A stretch of DNA of 64,000 bases, taken from assembly GCF_000143415.4 (NCBI RefSeq), contig NW_003314261.1, positions 3,049,266-3,113,265 on the forward strand, in the 5' to 3' direction. Below the pieces are notes generated by a model. The model searched no databases, had not been told where the DNA came from, and saw only the letters and a list, made by a program, of their open reading frames with translations. The stretch's first letter is position 1. Each line of letters opens with the position of its first letter. The translations under genes and the position numbers were made by a program. Source of the stretch: Selaginella moellendorffii (lineage: Eukaryota > Plantae > Lycopodiophyta). Of the stretch, positions 23,145 to 35,639 are shown in pieces.

Positions 23145-26100
23145 ATGTCGTCACTCAGCCGGGAGCTCGTGTTCCTCATCTTGCAGTTCCTGGATGAGGA
23201 GAAATTCAAGGAGACGGTGCACAAGTGAGAAGATTTGTGGTTTGTTCTTGTTGGTGGATGTAAGTGTTGTGTGATTTTGGCAGGCTGGAGCAAGAATCTG
23301 GCTTCTACTTCAACATGAAGTACTTTGAAGATCAGGTCCAGAATGGGGAGTGGGACGAGGTGGAGAGGTACTTGTCTGGCTTCACCAAGGTGGATGACAA
23401 TCGCTACTCCATGAAGATTTTCTTCGAGATAAGAAAGCAAAAGTACCTCGAGGCCTTGGACAAGTGAGTGACAAGTTTTCTCTCTCTTTCTCTCTTTTTA
23501 TGTTTTTTTGCTTCTCTCTTTATCTCGTGTGGTGAGCCAGTTCTGATAAGGGGGGCTCTGTGTTGTTTGCAGGCAAGATAGAGCGAGGGCAGTGGAGATA
23601 CTAGTCAAGGACCTCAAAGTGTTTGCGTCCTTCAACGAAGATCTGTACAAGGAGATTACGCAGCTTCTTACGCTGGAAAACTTCAGGTTTGAAGTGTAAC
23701 ACGGCCCTTTTGTAGGCTGTCCTGACACGCTATGGACTTGGTTGCAGAGAAAACGAACAGCTGTCCAAGTATGGGGACACGAAATCTGCCCGGAACATAA
23801 TGCTATTGGAGCTTAAGAAACTGATTGAGGCCAATCCTTTGTTCCGGGAGAAGCTTCAATTTCCGGGGCTCAAAGCGTCACGGCTCCGAACGCTGATTAA
23901 TCAAAGGTGCGTACCTGCTTTTCCAGCTACTTCTGTGCTGATAGAAGAAATGCATTTCTTTGTTTATTTTTTTCCAGCCTCAATTGGCAACATCAGCTTT
24001 GCAAGAATCCTAGGCCCAACCCAGATATCAAAACTCTGTTTGTAGATCATACCTGTGGCGCGCCGAATGGAGCCCGCGCGCCACCACCAGCAAACAGTCC
24101 CTTGGTCGGGAGTCTTCCGAAAGGTGCCGGGTTCCCCCCCTTGGGTGCGCACAGCGTACGTGCAACTTGCAGGCTTTAGTTTTACTGTCTAACAACTTTG
24201 GTTTTGAAACGTGTACAGCCTTTCCAACCAGCGGCCCCTACAGCTAGTGCACTTGCAGGCTGGATGGCCAATCCAAATCCTCCGTCACATCCAGGTGTTG
24301 TCGGAGGGCCTGCCGCTCTCGCCGGAGCTCCGAACCCAGGTTTGGTTTTCGTTCTATTGCCGCTTTCAAGTTTTGAGCTGAGTTTCTTTCAGCTGCAATG
24401 CTAAAGCGACCCAGGACGCCTCCGCCAGCCCCTACGGTTGATTTCCAGACGGCTGATTCCGAGCACTTAATGAAGCGAAACCGACCTGTTGGTCAGCATG
24501 TGGAAGAGGTCGGGATGAAAGCGATAGTTTGAATTTTGTAAGTGACTTGCAATTGCAGGTGAACTTTCCGGGACCAAACATTCAGCAAGCGTCATACACG
24601 ATAGATGATATTCCAAAGACTGTTGCGAGGACCATCAACCAAGGTTCCTGTGTTGCGACAATGGACTTCCACCCTCTGCAGCAAGTCATTCTTTTAGGTA
24701 CAGTGCCCGCCGTGGTAGAAACGCGCTGATCTTCCTTTTTTCTGGCAGTTGGTACAAATGTTGGTGAAATTGCTATTTGGGATGTGGCCACGCGGGAACG
24801 CCTCGCGCTGAAAACGTTCAAAGTCTGGGAGGTTTCAGTGTGTTCTATGCCTCTCCAGGTCTGCTCATGTCCTTTTTATATCTATTTCTAGCGTTCTAAC
24901 GTGCTTTACAGACTGCTCTCGTTAAAGACCCAGCAGTTGCTGTTACGAGGGTTGTTTGGAGTCCAGATGGAAATTTTATAGGTGCGCGCGATTGTCATAT
25001 GCTGTTGAGCTAACTCGTTTTGCATGCGTGCAGGGGTGGCTTTCAATAAGCACATTGTTCAGGTTTATCAGTATTTTGGAGGCGTCGAGCTACGGCAGCA
25101 AGTGGAGGTATGTACGCATTGTTTATACCTTGTGACGACGAAAACACTTGAATGTTTCTCTTCCAACAGATTGATGCGCATGTGGGGAGTGTGAACGATC
25201 TTGCATTTGCCCATCCAAACAAGCAACTGTGCATAATTTCTTGTGGCGATGACAAAACGATCAAGGTCTGCATAATCTTTGAGATGGACTGAAAGAGCAA
25301 TGAAAAAATCAGGTGTGGGATGCGGTGAGTGGTCGCAACAAATACACTTTTGAGGGTCACGAAGCGCCAGTGTACTCTGTTTGTCCGCATCACAAGGAAA
25401 ATATACAGGTAAGATTGTGAGTTCCGCGTGTACTCTGATTTCAACACTTCTGTTCTTGGCAGTTCATATTTTCTACAGCAATGGACGGCAAAATCAAGGC
25501 GTGGCTGTACGATTGCCTTGGTTCACGGGTTGACTATGATGCGCCTGGAAGTTGGTGCACAACAATGGCCTACAGTGCTGATGGCACAAGGTTTGTCTCG
25601 TTCGTCTCGTTTCTATCGTAAGACACGCGCTAAACGAGGCTATGTGTTTTGTAGGCTCTTTTCGTGCGGAACTAGCAAGGAGGGTGACTCATTCCTTGTC
25701 GAGTGGAATGAAAGTGAAGGGGTTATCAAACGCACGTACATTGGATTCCGTAAGAGAATGCCAAACGTTGTCCAGTTCGACACCACTAGGAACTGCTTTC
25801 TAGCGGTTGGGGACGAGTTCTCGGTCAAGTTCTGGGACATGGACAACATAAACTTATTGACCTCCATCGATGCCGACGGCGGATTGCCTGTAAGCACTTG
25901 TTCGTTTCGAGGAAGATTCGTTGCTATAACGTTTTCTGTAGGCGAGCCCGCGAATTCGTTTCAACAAAGAAGGCTCTTTACTCGCAGTAACAACAATCGA
26001 CAATGGTTTCAAGATTTTGGCTAATGCAGATGGCTTGCGGCTTCTACGGTCTTTTGAGGGTAACAAAGTACCTCCGGAAACAAAGGTATGACGGTCTATC

Positions 26101-27792
26101 CATAAAGGAATTTGTAAATTTGCATGTTTCTTCAGGGGAACGTTGCAAGTGCATCAGGCAGCGGGGTTGACAGACCAGTTTCGCAACCGGTACCTTTTAC
26201 TGGAGGGGTATGGATGGAAATCTCTTTTGAAATGCCTTCTGACAAATATAACTGCAGAACGGCATTGAAAATGGACGCCCGGAGACAAAACCCCGAACTA
26301 CAGACGACTCAAACAAACTGTGGAAGCTAACTGAAATTGTGGAACCCTCTCATTGTCGTGCATTAAAGCTACCAGATACTCTACCAGCAAGCAAGGTACT
26401 TGACTATTCGTAAGCTTGAGTGTTTACACTTTTTGCAACAGATATCAAGACTTATCTTCACAAACAATGGTCTGGGCTTATTAGCGCTCGCTTCTAGTGC
26501 AGTTCACAAGGTTTGGAAATGGTCTCGCAATCCACTTGGAAAAGTATGTGTGATGATTTGAATCTAGACCTTACCGATACTGACACTCATATTGTTCTTA
26601 CAGGCAACTGCTAGTTTTCCACCACAACTATTCCAGCCATCAAGTGGGATTCTCATGACCAATGATACGACCGAGAACAATCCGGAAGAAGCTGTGCCTT
26701 GCATTGCCTTGTCAAAGAATGACTCTTACGTGATGTCCGCTTCGGGAGGCAAAGTTTCTCTATTTAATATGATGACTTTCAAGGTATGCACATTTTTCCT
26801 TCTTGACCGGTGTAAGAACTTGCCATGTCCAGGTGATGACAGCATTCATGCCACCGCCACCAGCAGCAACGTTCCTGGCTTTTCACCCTCAAGACAACAA
26901 TATCATAGCGATTGGAATGGAAGATTCTACAATACAAATATACAATGTTCGAGTTGACGAGGTTAAAAGTAAGCTCAAAGGTCACCAAAAGAGGATTACT
27001 GGACTGGCATTCTCCAATGTCCTACACGTACTTGTGTCGTCTGGAGCCGATGATCAGGTAATGACGCTGCACAAGCGATGTTACTTGTCTAAACATCTTC
27101 TCTCTGCAGCTTTGTGTATGGGGCACCGATGGATGGGAGAAGCGCAAGTCAAAATTCCTTCAAACACCGCCAGTGAAGGGAACTCCGGCCACCGGAGACA
27201 CGAAAGTACAGTTTCACAACGACCATACTCGTCTTCTGGTCGTGCACGAGACGCAGCTAGCTATTTATGATGCCGCCAAACTAGAGCGCTTGAGTCAAGT
27301 AAGCCGCATCTCCTTCTAAAAGACTCTCTCAAAATACTTGTTACTGTTCTTCCAGTGGGTTCCGAAAGACAACTTCCCGGCCGGAATCTCTAGCGGAACG
27401 TATTCCTGCGACAGTCGGCTGGTCTACGCCGCGTTTCTCGACGGCGCCATCGGCGTGTTTGAAGCCGAGACGTTGCGACCATACTGTCGCATTGCTCCGA
27501 CCGTGTATCTACCTCAGGGAGTCACAGGGTACGTACACACGCTAGCTTTCCATGGAAATAAGTTTTCTCTCTTTTTTTTCGCAGCGCTCATCCGCTTGTA
27601 GTCGCTGCGCACCCCTCCGAGCCCAATCTCTTCGCACTGGGACTAACCGACGGAAGCGTCCAAGTGCTAGAGCCTCTAGAGTCGGAGGCCAAGTGGGGGG
27701 TGGCGCCGCCGGCGGAGAACGGCTCCGCCATGGTCACCACCTCGGGTCCGCCAACAGGCTCGGTCCAGGTATCGGATCAAGCATCGAGATGA
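23145..27792 (+). CDS. TPL: TOPLESS/TOPLESS-RELATED co-repressor (LisH-CTLH-CRA plus WD40), multi-exon
   Basis: Begins MSSLSRELVFLILQFLDEEKFKETVHK, then LEQESGFYFNMKYFEDQV...KVDDNRYSMKIFFEIRKQKYLEALD, SLNWQHQLCKNPRPNPDIKTLFVDH, ALSKNDSYVMSASGGKVSLFNMMTFK and PPPPAATFLAFHPQDNNIIAIGMEDS. Short GT-AG introns; ends DQASR*. Confidence 0.97.
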
Positions 27793-28246
27793 TGAGATTT
27801 TGCGGAGGGATCGTAGCTTCAAGCTTTTGTATGGTGAAGGGCGGAGCAGAGCTTGGAGGGGCTCTTTCGTACTTAGGAGGCGGATGGACGTCGAGGAAAA
27901 GCATGCTGCAGACATCAATTTTGTGCCCGGGCTGGAAGTCTTTTGGTAGAGAAAGGTGTACAGAGAAAAAAGCTAAGTTTCTTCGTTTGTGCCGCGAAGA
28001 ACTGACCGTGGTTTCGTCGTCAGAAGGGAAGGGTTTCGAGGTGTATACTATAATCAACTCATTCTTAAGTTTCATATCCATATTGTTTTCATCTTCATCA
28101 ACGCAGAAAAATCTTTGCTTGCCTTGAATGATTTGCAACGTTGAAAGGATAGATTTTCAGCTTCGCATTCTTTCGCGAGAGCTCAACCACTCGTGTATTC
28201 TTTCCATCCTCGCCGAAAAAGAAGACGAGCCCAAGAACGACCCCCT

Positions 28247-29886
28247 TTACATTTCTGCAAAAGGTGAACGTTTGAGAAGCGATACAAACTTTCAAGCAAC
28301 CTACGAACATACCACTTTGTAGCGCGACGAATTTGGCGATGGTGTCCAGGCCAGCCTCCGTATAAAACGATGCAAGTTTCTCGCTAATCTCATCCCAGTT
28401 CCCATCCACGGTTCCCAGGTCCAAAAGGAACGCTGCTTGATCCAATGCCACCTGCAAAACAAAGGTTGGAAAACATCTTGTAGATGAGATCACCACGACC
28501 GTGTCACCTGTTCGGGGGCTTTGCCTTTGTTAAGCTCCTCCTTTCTTCCTTCCTCCGTCATCTTCTCTCTCATGTACTCCACTTTCTCGTCTCCCCACCC
28601 GGCAATCTCGGCCACAGTCTCGTACTCGCAGCCCAGCGTCCACCACGGCGACTTGAGAGCAATCCTGGCCGCGTCTTTGGCCTCGCTCTTTCGTCCAATT
28701 CTGGAAAACAAGGTGAGTTTTTACAGCAAATCTTTCACGGAGATCGCAAACTTTAGCATGAGCTCCGCGTTGAAAACAAGAGGTCTTCCAAATCCAGGAA
28801 AGTGCTTCTTCGTAACATAAAACTCTCCGGTTACTAGAGCAGATACCTGGCTCAATACAGCTAAGAGAGTTAGTGTGAAGTTATAATGCGCGTTTACCTC
28901 GTCGCCCTTCTCGAGGTGCTTGAGAGCTAAGCGCTCAAACACATCCGGAAACAGTCCTACCTGCAGTTTCAAAAATCACAAAGAAAAACTCGGCAAGAAC
29001 AAGGCGAGCATCACCTTCTTCATGAGATAGACATCCAAACCAGCTAGTTTGGAGTTTTCGAAGTCACCTCTTTTATAAGGAACTCTGTCCGGATCACCGC
29101 CAGCGGAAGCAACGGCAGCACTGTAGCATGCGTCACCACGACCGTGAACCTCTTCCTCGACGAGAATCTTTTGCAGATATTGTTCTACCTGTGAAAGCAA
29201 CGCGTTGCTGCGTACATGAGAATGATCGGGGCTTACTCACGCTCTTAGAAAGGAGGCACAGTCCATACTTGTGTACTTCGACAACTGGGATCGCCATGCT
29301 GTTAGAATTTTCGTGCATGGAGCATTGATTTCCTTGTTTCTAAACGAAGGGAATAAATCGCTGGAGGTGATGATTTATACTGACCCTTCTGGTGGCGTCG
29401 GCCATCTCAACAAAGCAGTGATAGTGCCTGTGATAGTCGTATGGCAAACGAAGATAGAATTTCTTTTTTGAGCTTACCAGTAGAGTTTTGTGACAGTGGG
29501 ATCGCCAAAGGATGCAATCCCTGCCTTTTCTCTGGAGAAACTACTTGCTCGCCTGATGAGAAAGCAATCAAAGATGGAGCGAAAGAGAAATTTACGCAAA
29601 CCTTTGGCTTGCAAGACGTCGAGCAGCATTTGGAGCTGCGTGGGAGGCTCCAGTCCCGCTACATTCCTCACAAAATTGCCATGGTTATCAGTGACGCCTG
29701 CGACAACAGTATTAGGTTAGAACGAGCTCCTGGGTTGGAATCAGCGGCAAGACCTCTTGCTAGACTCGGAGATTCTATGCCCGAGCTGGAAATCGCAGCG
29801 CAATGCCGCCTGTGCCGATGAATCCAAGCGGCGGGAGCTGGGACGATCACTCCAGCCCCGCGCAAGGCGCTACTACTAGCATCCAT
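28247..29886 (-). CDS. PAB: PROTEIN IN CHLOROPLAST ATPASE BIOGENESIS (PAB)-like, multi-exon
   Basis: Exons encode LDVYLMKKVGLFPDVFERL, VSALVTGEFYVTKKHFPGFGRP, EAKDAARIALKSPWWTLG and GKAPEQVALDQAAFLLDL. The N-terminus resembles a transit peptide. The last micro-exon (stop at 28247) is inferred. Confidence 0.85.
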
Positions 29887-30000
29887 GACCTAAAAAATAT
29901 GATGTGGCCAATGTGGAGCCACGTCAGCAGTAGAATCGAGGTGCCTAGCCCTAGCATGGTCGATAGCTTTTCCAGCCTTGTCATTGGTTGAGCGCTTGGA

Positions 30001-30441
30001 ATGGCGCCCAAGGGAGAGAAGAAGCCCGCGAGCAAAGCCCCCGCGGAGAAGAAGCCCGTGGAGAAGAAGCCCCGGGCGGCGGCAGCGGCGGACAAGGATG
30101 GATCCGGCGGCGGCGGTGGCGGAGTGGCGGCGGCGGCGATGAAGAAGAAGCGCATGAAAAAGGCGACGGAGACGTACAAGAGCTACATTTTCAAGGTGCT
30201 CAAGCAGGTCCACCAGGAGATTGGGATCTCGAGCAAGGCCATGGGGATCATGAACAGCTTCATCAATGATATCTTTGAGAAGCTCGCGCAGGAGGCGGCG
30301 CGGCTGGCGCGCTACAACAAGAAGCCCACCATCACGTCGCGCGAGATCCAGACCGCCGTGAGGCTCATCCTCCCCGGCGAGCTCGCCAAGCACGCCGTGA
30401 GCGAGGGGACCAAGGCGGTCACCAAGTTCACGAGCGCGTAG
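30001..30441 (+). CDS. H2B: Histone H2B (divergent)
   Basis: Intronless 146-aa ORF containing [10 protein letters not shown]...[71 protein letters not shown]. Confidence 0.98.
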   Translation: MAPKGEKKPASKAPAEKKPVEKKPRAAAAADKDGSGGGGGGVAAAAMKKKRMKKATETYKSYIFKVLKQVHQEIGISSKAMGIMNSFINDIFEKLAQEAARLARYNKKPTITSREIQTAVRLILPGELAKHAVSEGTKAVTKFTSA

Positions 30442-30572
30442 TAGTGATCGTGATCTTCTCTTTCTCATCGTTTAGGCCAGAGAGTTCTTATTTGAATCAC
30501 TTTGCCCTAAACAAAGAGTGTTCTTCTTCCACAACTGCCAGAGATTTTAGGTCGCGGTGATCGACGCTCGCG

Positions 30573-33500
30573 ATGAATGTGCATGACGCGGAGGCGCCAC
30601 CTCTGCCCGCTGTGGATCGCGCAGCTCCTCCCGATGGAAATGTAGGTACCGGCATCGAGGAAATCTTGGAATCGGCGACGCCGGCGACGCCGATCGAGGT
30701 AGAGGATTCGCAGGAGGTCCGGGTAGAGGTCCGGGAGGCGCAAGGCGCAGAGGAGAAGGGATTGGATGCTCAAGCGTCGGGGATTTCAGCTTCCATCGGG
30801 CCAGGCAAAGGATCGGACGCTAAAGTGTCGGAAGTTTCGTTGTCGATCCGGCCTGTGGAAGAACAAGCATCGGTCTCGACCGTGGTATCGACTGCTGCAG
30901 CTAGTGAAGAACCGGATCGTTCCAAGGCAGACGAGTTTAAGTCCTTGCCTTTCTACAAGCTCTTCATGTTTGCCGACTGGCTGGACGTGCTTCTCATGTC
31001 GCTGGGGATCTTTGGAGCCGTCGGGAATGGCATGGCACGGCCGCTCATGGCTCTCATCTTTGGACAGGTTGCCAACGCTTTTGGGGAGAATGAGCACAAT
31101 GTCTCCAACCTTGTCCACGAGGTCTCCAAGGTATAGTAGATCTCCAACTTTTGGTTCTTGGCTGCTTGAGTTTGACGAGCTTGCAATGCAGGTTGCTCTT
31201 CGATACGTGTTTTTGGGTCTGGGAACAGGAGCTGCGGCTTTGATGGGTGAGTATTTTACAATTGTGAATGATAGCTTTTGGATTGACAAGCATGGATTTT
31301 CTACCAGAGACTTCATTTTGGATGTGTGCTGGCGAAAGACAAGCAGCACGGATTAGAGCTTTGTATTTAAAGTCGATTTTGCGGCAGGACGTCTCATTTT
31401 TTGACAAGGGAATCAGTACTGGCGAAGTGTTGGGCCGAATGTCGGATGACACTTTTCTTATACAGGATGCCATTGGTGAAAAGGTATGCAAAGATGATCT
31501 GGTTTTCATTCCTAAGCTTGTCTATGCAGGTTGGAAAGTTTGTACAGCTCTTGTCCACGTTCTTTGGTGGTTTTATACTCGCATTTATCAGAGGTTGGAG
31601 GCTTGCGCTTGTCGTTTCATCAGTGCTGCCCCTCCTCGTCATTGCGGGAGCTACGATGGCTATGCTGATTTCTAAAACGTCGAGTAGGGGACAAATGGCT
31701 TATGCTGACGCTGGAAATATTGTCCAACAAGCTGTGGGTGGCATTAGGACGGTAAGGCGACATCAAACGTCCGGTTTCATTACTCATTGTCTTTTGTCAT
31801 CAGGTTGCATCTTTCACCGGAGAAGACAAAGCTGTGGGAGACTATGATACAGCTTTGGGAAAGGCATATAGAGCTGGTGTTTATCAGGGTTTAAGTTCAG
31901 GTTTTGGCATGGGATGCACGTTGCTAACGCTCTATTTGAGCTATGCTCTGGCTCTTTGGTATGGCTCCAAGCTTATTCTTCACAACGGTTATACAGGCGG
32001 TGCAGTCATCAACGTCATGCTTTCGGTTCTCATGGGAGGCATGTAAGATGGATATCTCGCAGTCTATATCAACCTTAATTCAACAGTAAGAAAAGCTGGT
32101 CTTTAAAATTTCTTACAATAGCGCTGTATTGAACTTGTAGTGCAGGGCACTGGGCCAGGCTTCACCATCTCTGCGTGCCTTTGCAGCAGGCCAAGCAGCT
32201 GCGTACAAGATGTTTGAAGTTATACATCGCGTGCCTGCAATCGATTCCTACAATATGGAGGGTGCCATTCTGACAGACGTGCAAGGGAACATAGAGATTG
32301 AAACTGTGAACTTCACTTACCCCTCACGACCAGGCGTACAGATCCTAAAAGGCTTTTGTTTATCGATCCCGTCTGGGATGACAGCTGCACTTATCGGACA
32401 AAGTGGAAGCGGAAAGTCTACGGTCATTAGCTTGCTGGAAAGGTTCTATGACCCACAAAGTGGCGTGGTTTCTATCGACGGCCACGACATCAGAAAACTA
32501 CAGCTCAAATGGCTGAGACAGCAGATTGGACTCGTGAGTCAGGAGCCAGTCCTTTTCGGAGTATCTGTGTTGGAAAATGTCGCCTATGGAAAAGATGGTG
32601 CAACCAAGGAGGATGTGCAAGCCGCATGTGAACTGGCCAATGCTGCAAGGTTCATCAGCAACATGCCACAGGTAGACGTGCTCTTTATTTTATTTTATTT
32701 TTCCGGCAATTCAATTGAACATAACATGTTTCAGGGATATGACACTCATGTCGGACACCACGGTACACAATTATCTGGTGGCCAAAAGCAGCGGATAGCA
32801 ATCGCACGGGCGATACTAAAAAATCCCCGTATACTTTTGCTGGATGAGGCTACTAGCGCGTTGGATGCGGAGTCCGAAAGAATCGTTCAAAAATCTCTTG
32901 AACGTGTCATGGTAGATCGCACTACCGTGATTGTGGCACACAGACTTTCGACAATCCGGGACGCAAACTCTATTTTCGTGTTCCAACAAGGAAAAATAGT
33001 AGAAAGTGGTACGTGCCACGAAAACATTAAAAACCAAGGCGTCCTCACGCTGTTACCTTTTGCAGGGACGCATTCAAGTCTTTTGGCTAATCCAGATGGC
33101 CACTATTCTCAGCTTATAAAACTTCAGGAAATGCGTCATGACGACCACCGTGACGAGGAGTCCGGCAGCAGCAGCAGCAGCAGCAGTGGTAGCGGCAGTC
33201 CGAAAGTATCTCGTCGTCGGTTGTCATCTCTGAGGGAATCAAGCCTTCAAATACCAGTACAAAGAGAGGTGCAGGAAAGTGGTCGCAGTCACAGCAGATG
33301 GAAGTATCTCTTTGGTTTGAAACATAAGCCTCGGGATGGGGTAAGTACAACTTCGTCGATGCTACGGCTGGCTGCCTTGAACAAACCAGAAGCTCCCGTG
33401 TTTATCTTGGGCTCGGTGGCAGCGGTAGTGAATGGGATAGTATTTCCCATGTTTGGCCTTCTTCTTTCAAGCATCCTGGGAGTTTTCTATAACCCCGACC

Positions 33501-35312
33501 GAAACGAGCTGCGCAAAGGTGCTAACTTCTGGGCTTCGATGTTCGTCGTTCTCGCGTGCGCATGCTTTATTATTATACCCTGCCAGATGGTCTCCTTTGC
33601 TTATGTTGGCCAGAATTTGATCCGACGTATACGCTACCTCACCTTTAAAACAGTTCTTCGACAAGAGATTGGCTGGTTCGATGCCCGTGAGAACTCGAGG
33701 TAAGATTTGCAAGCATCTTCTCGCTGACTTCAAGTTCTATGCAGCGGGGCTATAAGTTCCAGGCTATCAACTGATGCTGCTTATGTGCGAGGAATGGTGG
33801 GCGACAGCTTGGCCTTGACCGTGCAAAACTTAGCAACAATCGCAGCCGGCTTGCTAATTGCGTTTTCTGCTACGTGGGAGTTGGCGCTCGTAATTTTTGC
33901 GCTGGTGCCTTTACTTAGCCTGCAAGGGATCATGCAAATCAAAGTTATGACCGGTTTCAGTGCCGATGCAAAGGTACGTTCCCTCTTTATGGACTAGAGA
34001 TATTAAAGCAGTTCTTCTCTTGCCAGGTGATGTACGAGGAAGCTAGCCATGTGGCTGCGGATGCAATAAGCAGCATTCGAAGCGTGGCTTCCTTCTGTGC
34101 TGAAGAGAAAATGCTGAAGCTATACGAAGAGAAGTGTCGAAGACCTTTGAAGAACGGGATTCGCCTGGGACTTGTTAGCGGTGCAGGTTTTGGCTGCTCG
34201 AATGTGGTTATGTTTTCGTCCTACGGCCTTAGCTTTTGGTATGGTGCTCAACTTGTGAAAGACAGAAAGACAACGTTTCAGAAAGTTTTCAAGGTAATGA
34301 CATGGGTTCTTTACTGTTTCAGCAGACTCCTGTTCTCGTTTCAGGTCTTCTTTGCAATCACAATGTCTGCAATTGGAGTTTCGCATGCTGCTGGACTGGC
34401 GCCAGATCTCGGCAAGGTCAAGACTTCGGTCATTTCTATCTTCTCAATGCTTGACCGCAAGTCGAAAATCGATCCAGCAGATTTGCAAGGAAGCACTTTG
34501 GACATTCTGCATGGTGACGTCCAGTTTCAGCACGTAAGCTTTAAGTATCCCAGTCGGCCAGGTGTGCAAATATTTCGAGATTTCACACTGTTTGTTGAGG
34601 CCGGAACGGTAAGATGTTGCATTTTGAGTTTTGCAATTTATTTGTCATGATAAAAAGACGTCTTACCTTTCAGACTGCAGCATTGGTTGGAGAGAGCGGT
34701 TGTGGAAAATCAACTGCAATCTCTCTTATCCAAAGGTTTTATGATCCTGATTGCGGAAAGATCTTCATAGATGGCGTGGACATAAGGTCGCTCCAACTCA
34801 GATGGTTGAGGCAGCAGATGGCATTGGTTGGACAGGAGCCAGTACTTTTCTCTGGGACGCTGGGCTCAAATATAGGCTACGGAAAGGATGGAGTCTCAGA
34901 TGACGAGATCAAAGACGCTGCGATCTCTGCGAACGCTTACAAGTTTATAATGGATCTTCCCGACGGATTTGACACAGAAGTTGGCGAGCGTGGTACTCAG
35001 CTGTCGGGAGGCCAGAAGCAAAGGATCGCCATAGCAAGAGCCATCGTGAAGAACCCGAAGATATTGCTCCTAGACGAAGCAACCAGCGCTCTGGATGCTG
35101 AATCGGAGCGCCTAGTGCAAGAGGCGCTCAATCTCGTGATGCAGAACCGGACCGTGGTCGTCGTGGCTCACAGGCTCTCCACCATTGTCAACGCAGACGT
35201 TATTTCGGTGATGAAGAACGGGGTGGTGGCAGAACAGGGCAGACACAAGGAGCTGCTCCAGATTGAAAACGGGGTGTACTCGCTGCTGGTGAAGCTACAC
35301 GTTCGAAGCTGA
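30573..35312 (+). CDS. Full-size ABCB (P-glycoprotein/MDR) transporter, ABCB4/11/21-like, multi-exon
   Basis: Two TMD-NBD halves with Walker [10 protein letters not shown] and GESGCGKST, signature [14 protein letters not shown] twice and [15 protein letters not shown] twice. Plant motifs [11 protein letters not shown] and [10 protein letters not shown]. Confidence 0.97.
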
Positions 35313-35639
35313 GAGAAGACCACCGAAGCTGGCAGAGGAAAACGTCGCTTGACTGGTAAGGCCTTTGCTTTTCTTTCTAATCTTCCACAACTTCCAGATA
35401 CATGAGAATCTTGGCCGTTTGCCACATTCATTTTGTGCGTTCTACGAAAGACAAAAACCAAAACGGTTTAAACGAGAAGTCGGTGGGAGCCGTCCAACTC
35501 GAAGCACACAAGCGATCAAACTCTCCTGGCAGGGAAGGAAATATGGTGCCGTGAGAGATCCCCGTCCAGTCTTCGAATCAAGTCCGAATCAAGTCCAAGT
35601 GGAAGTGATACGCTACGTACAAATAATGGCTTTCGAGAG

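Noticed and set aside
29890-30468. 192-aa antisense ORF over H2B; similar ORFs over the ARM, eIF2B-delta and DREB2 genes
   Set aside because: Expected shadow ORFs of GC3-rich coding sequence, with no independent protein features.
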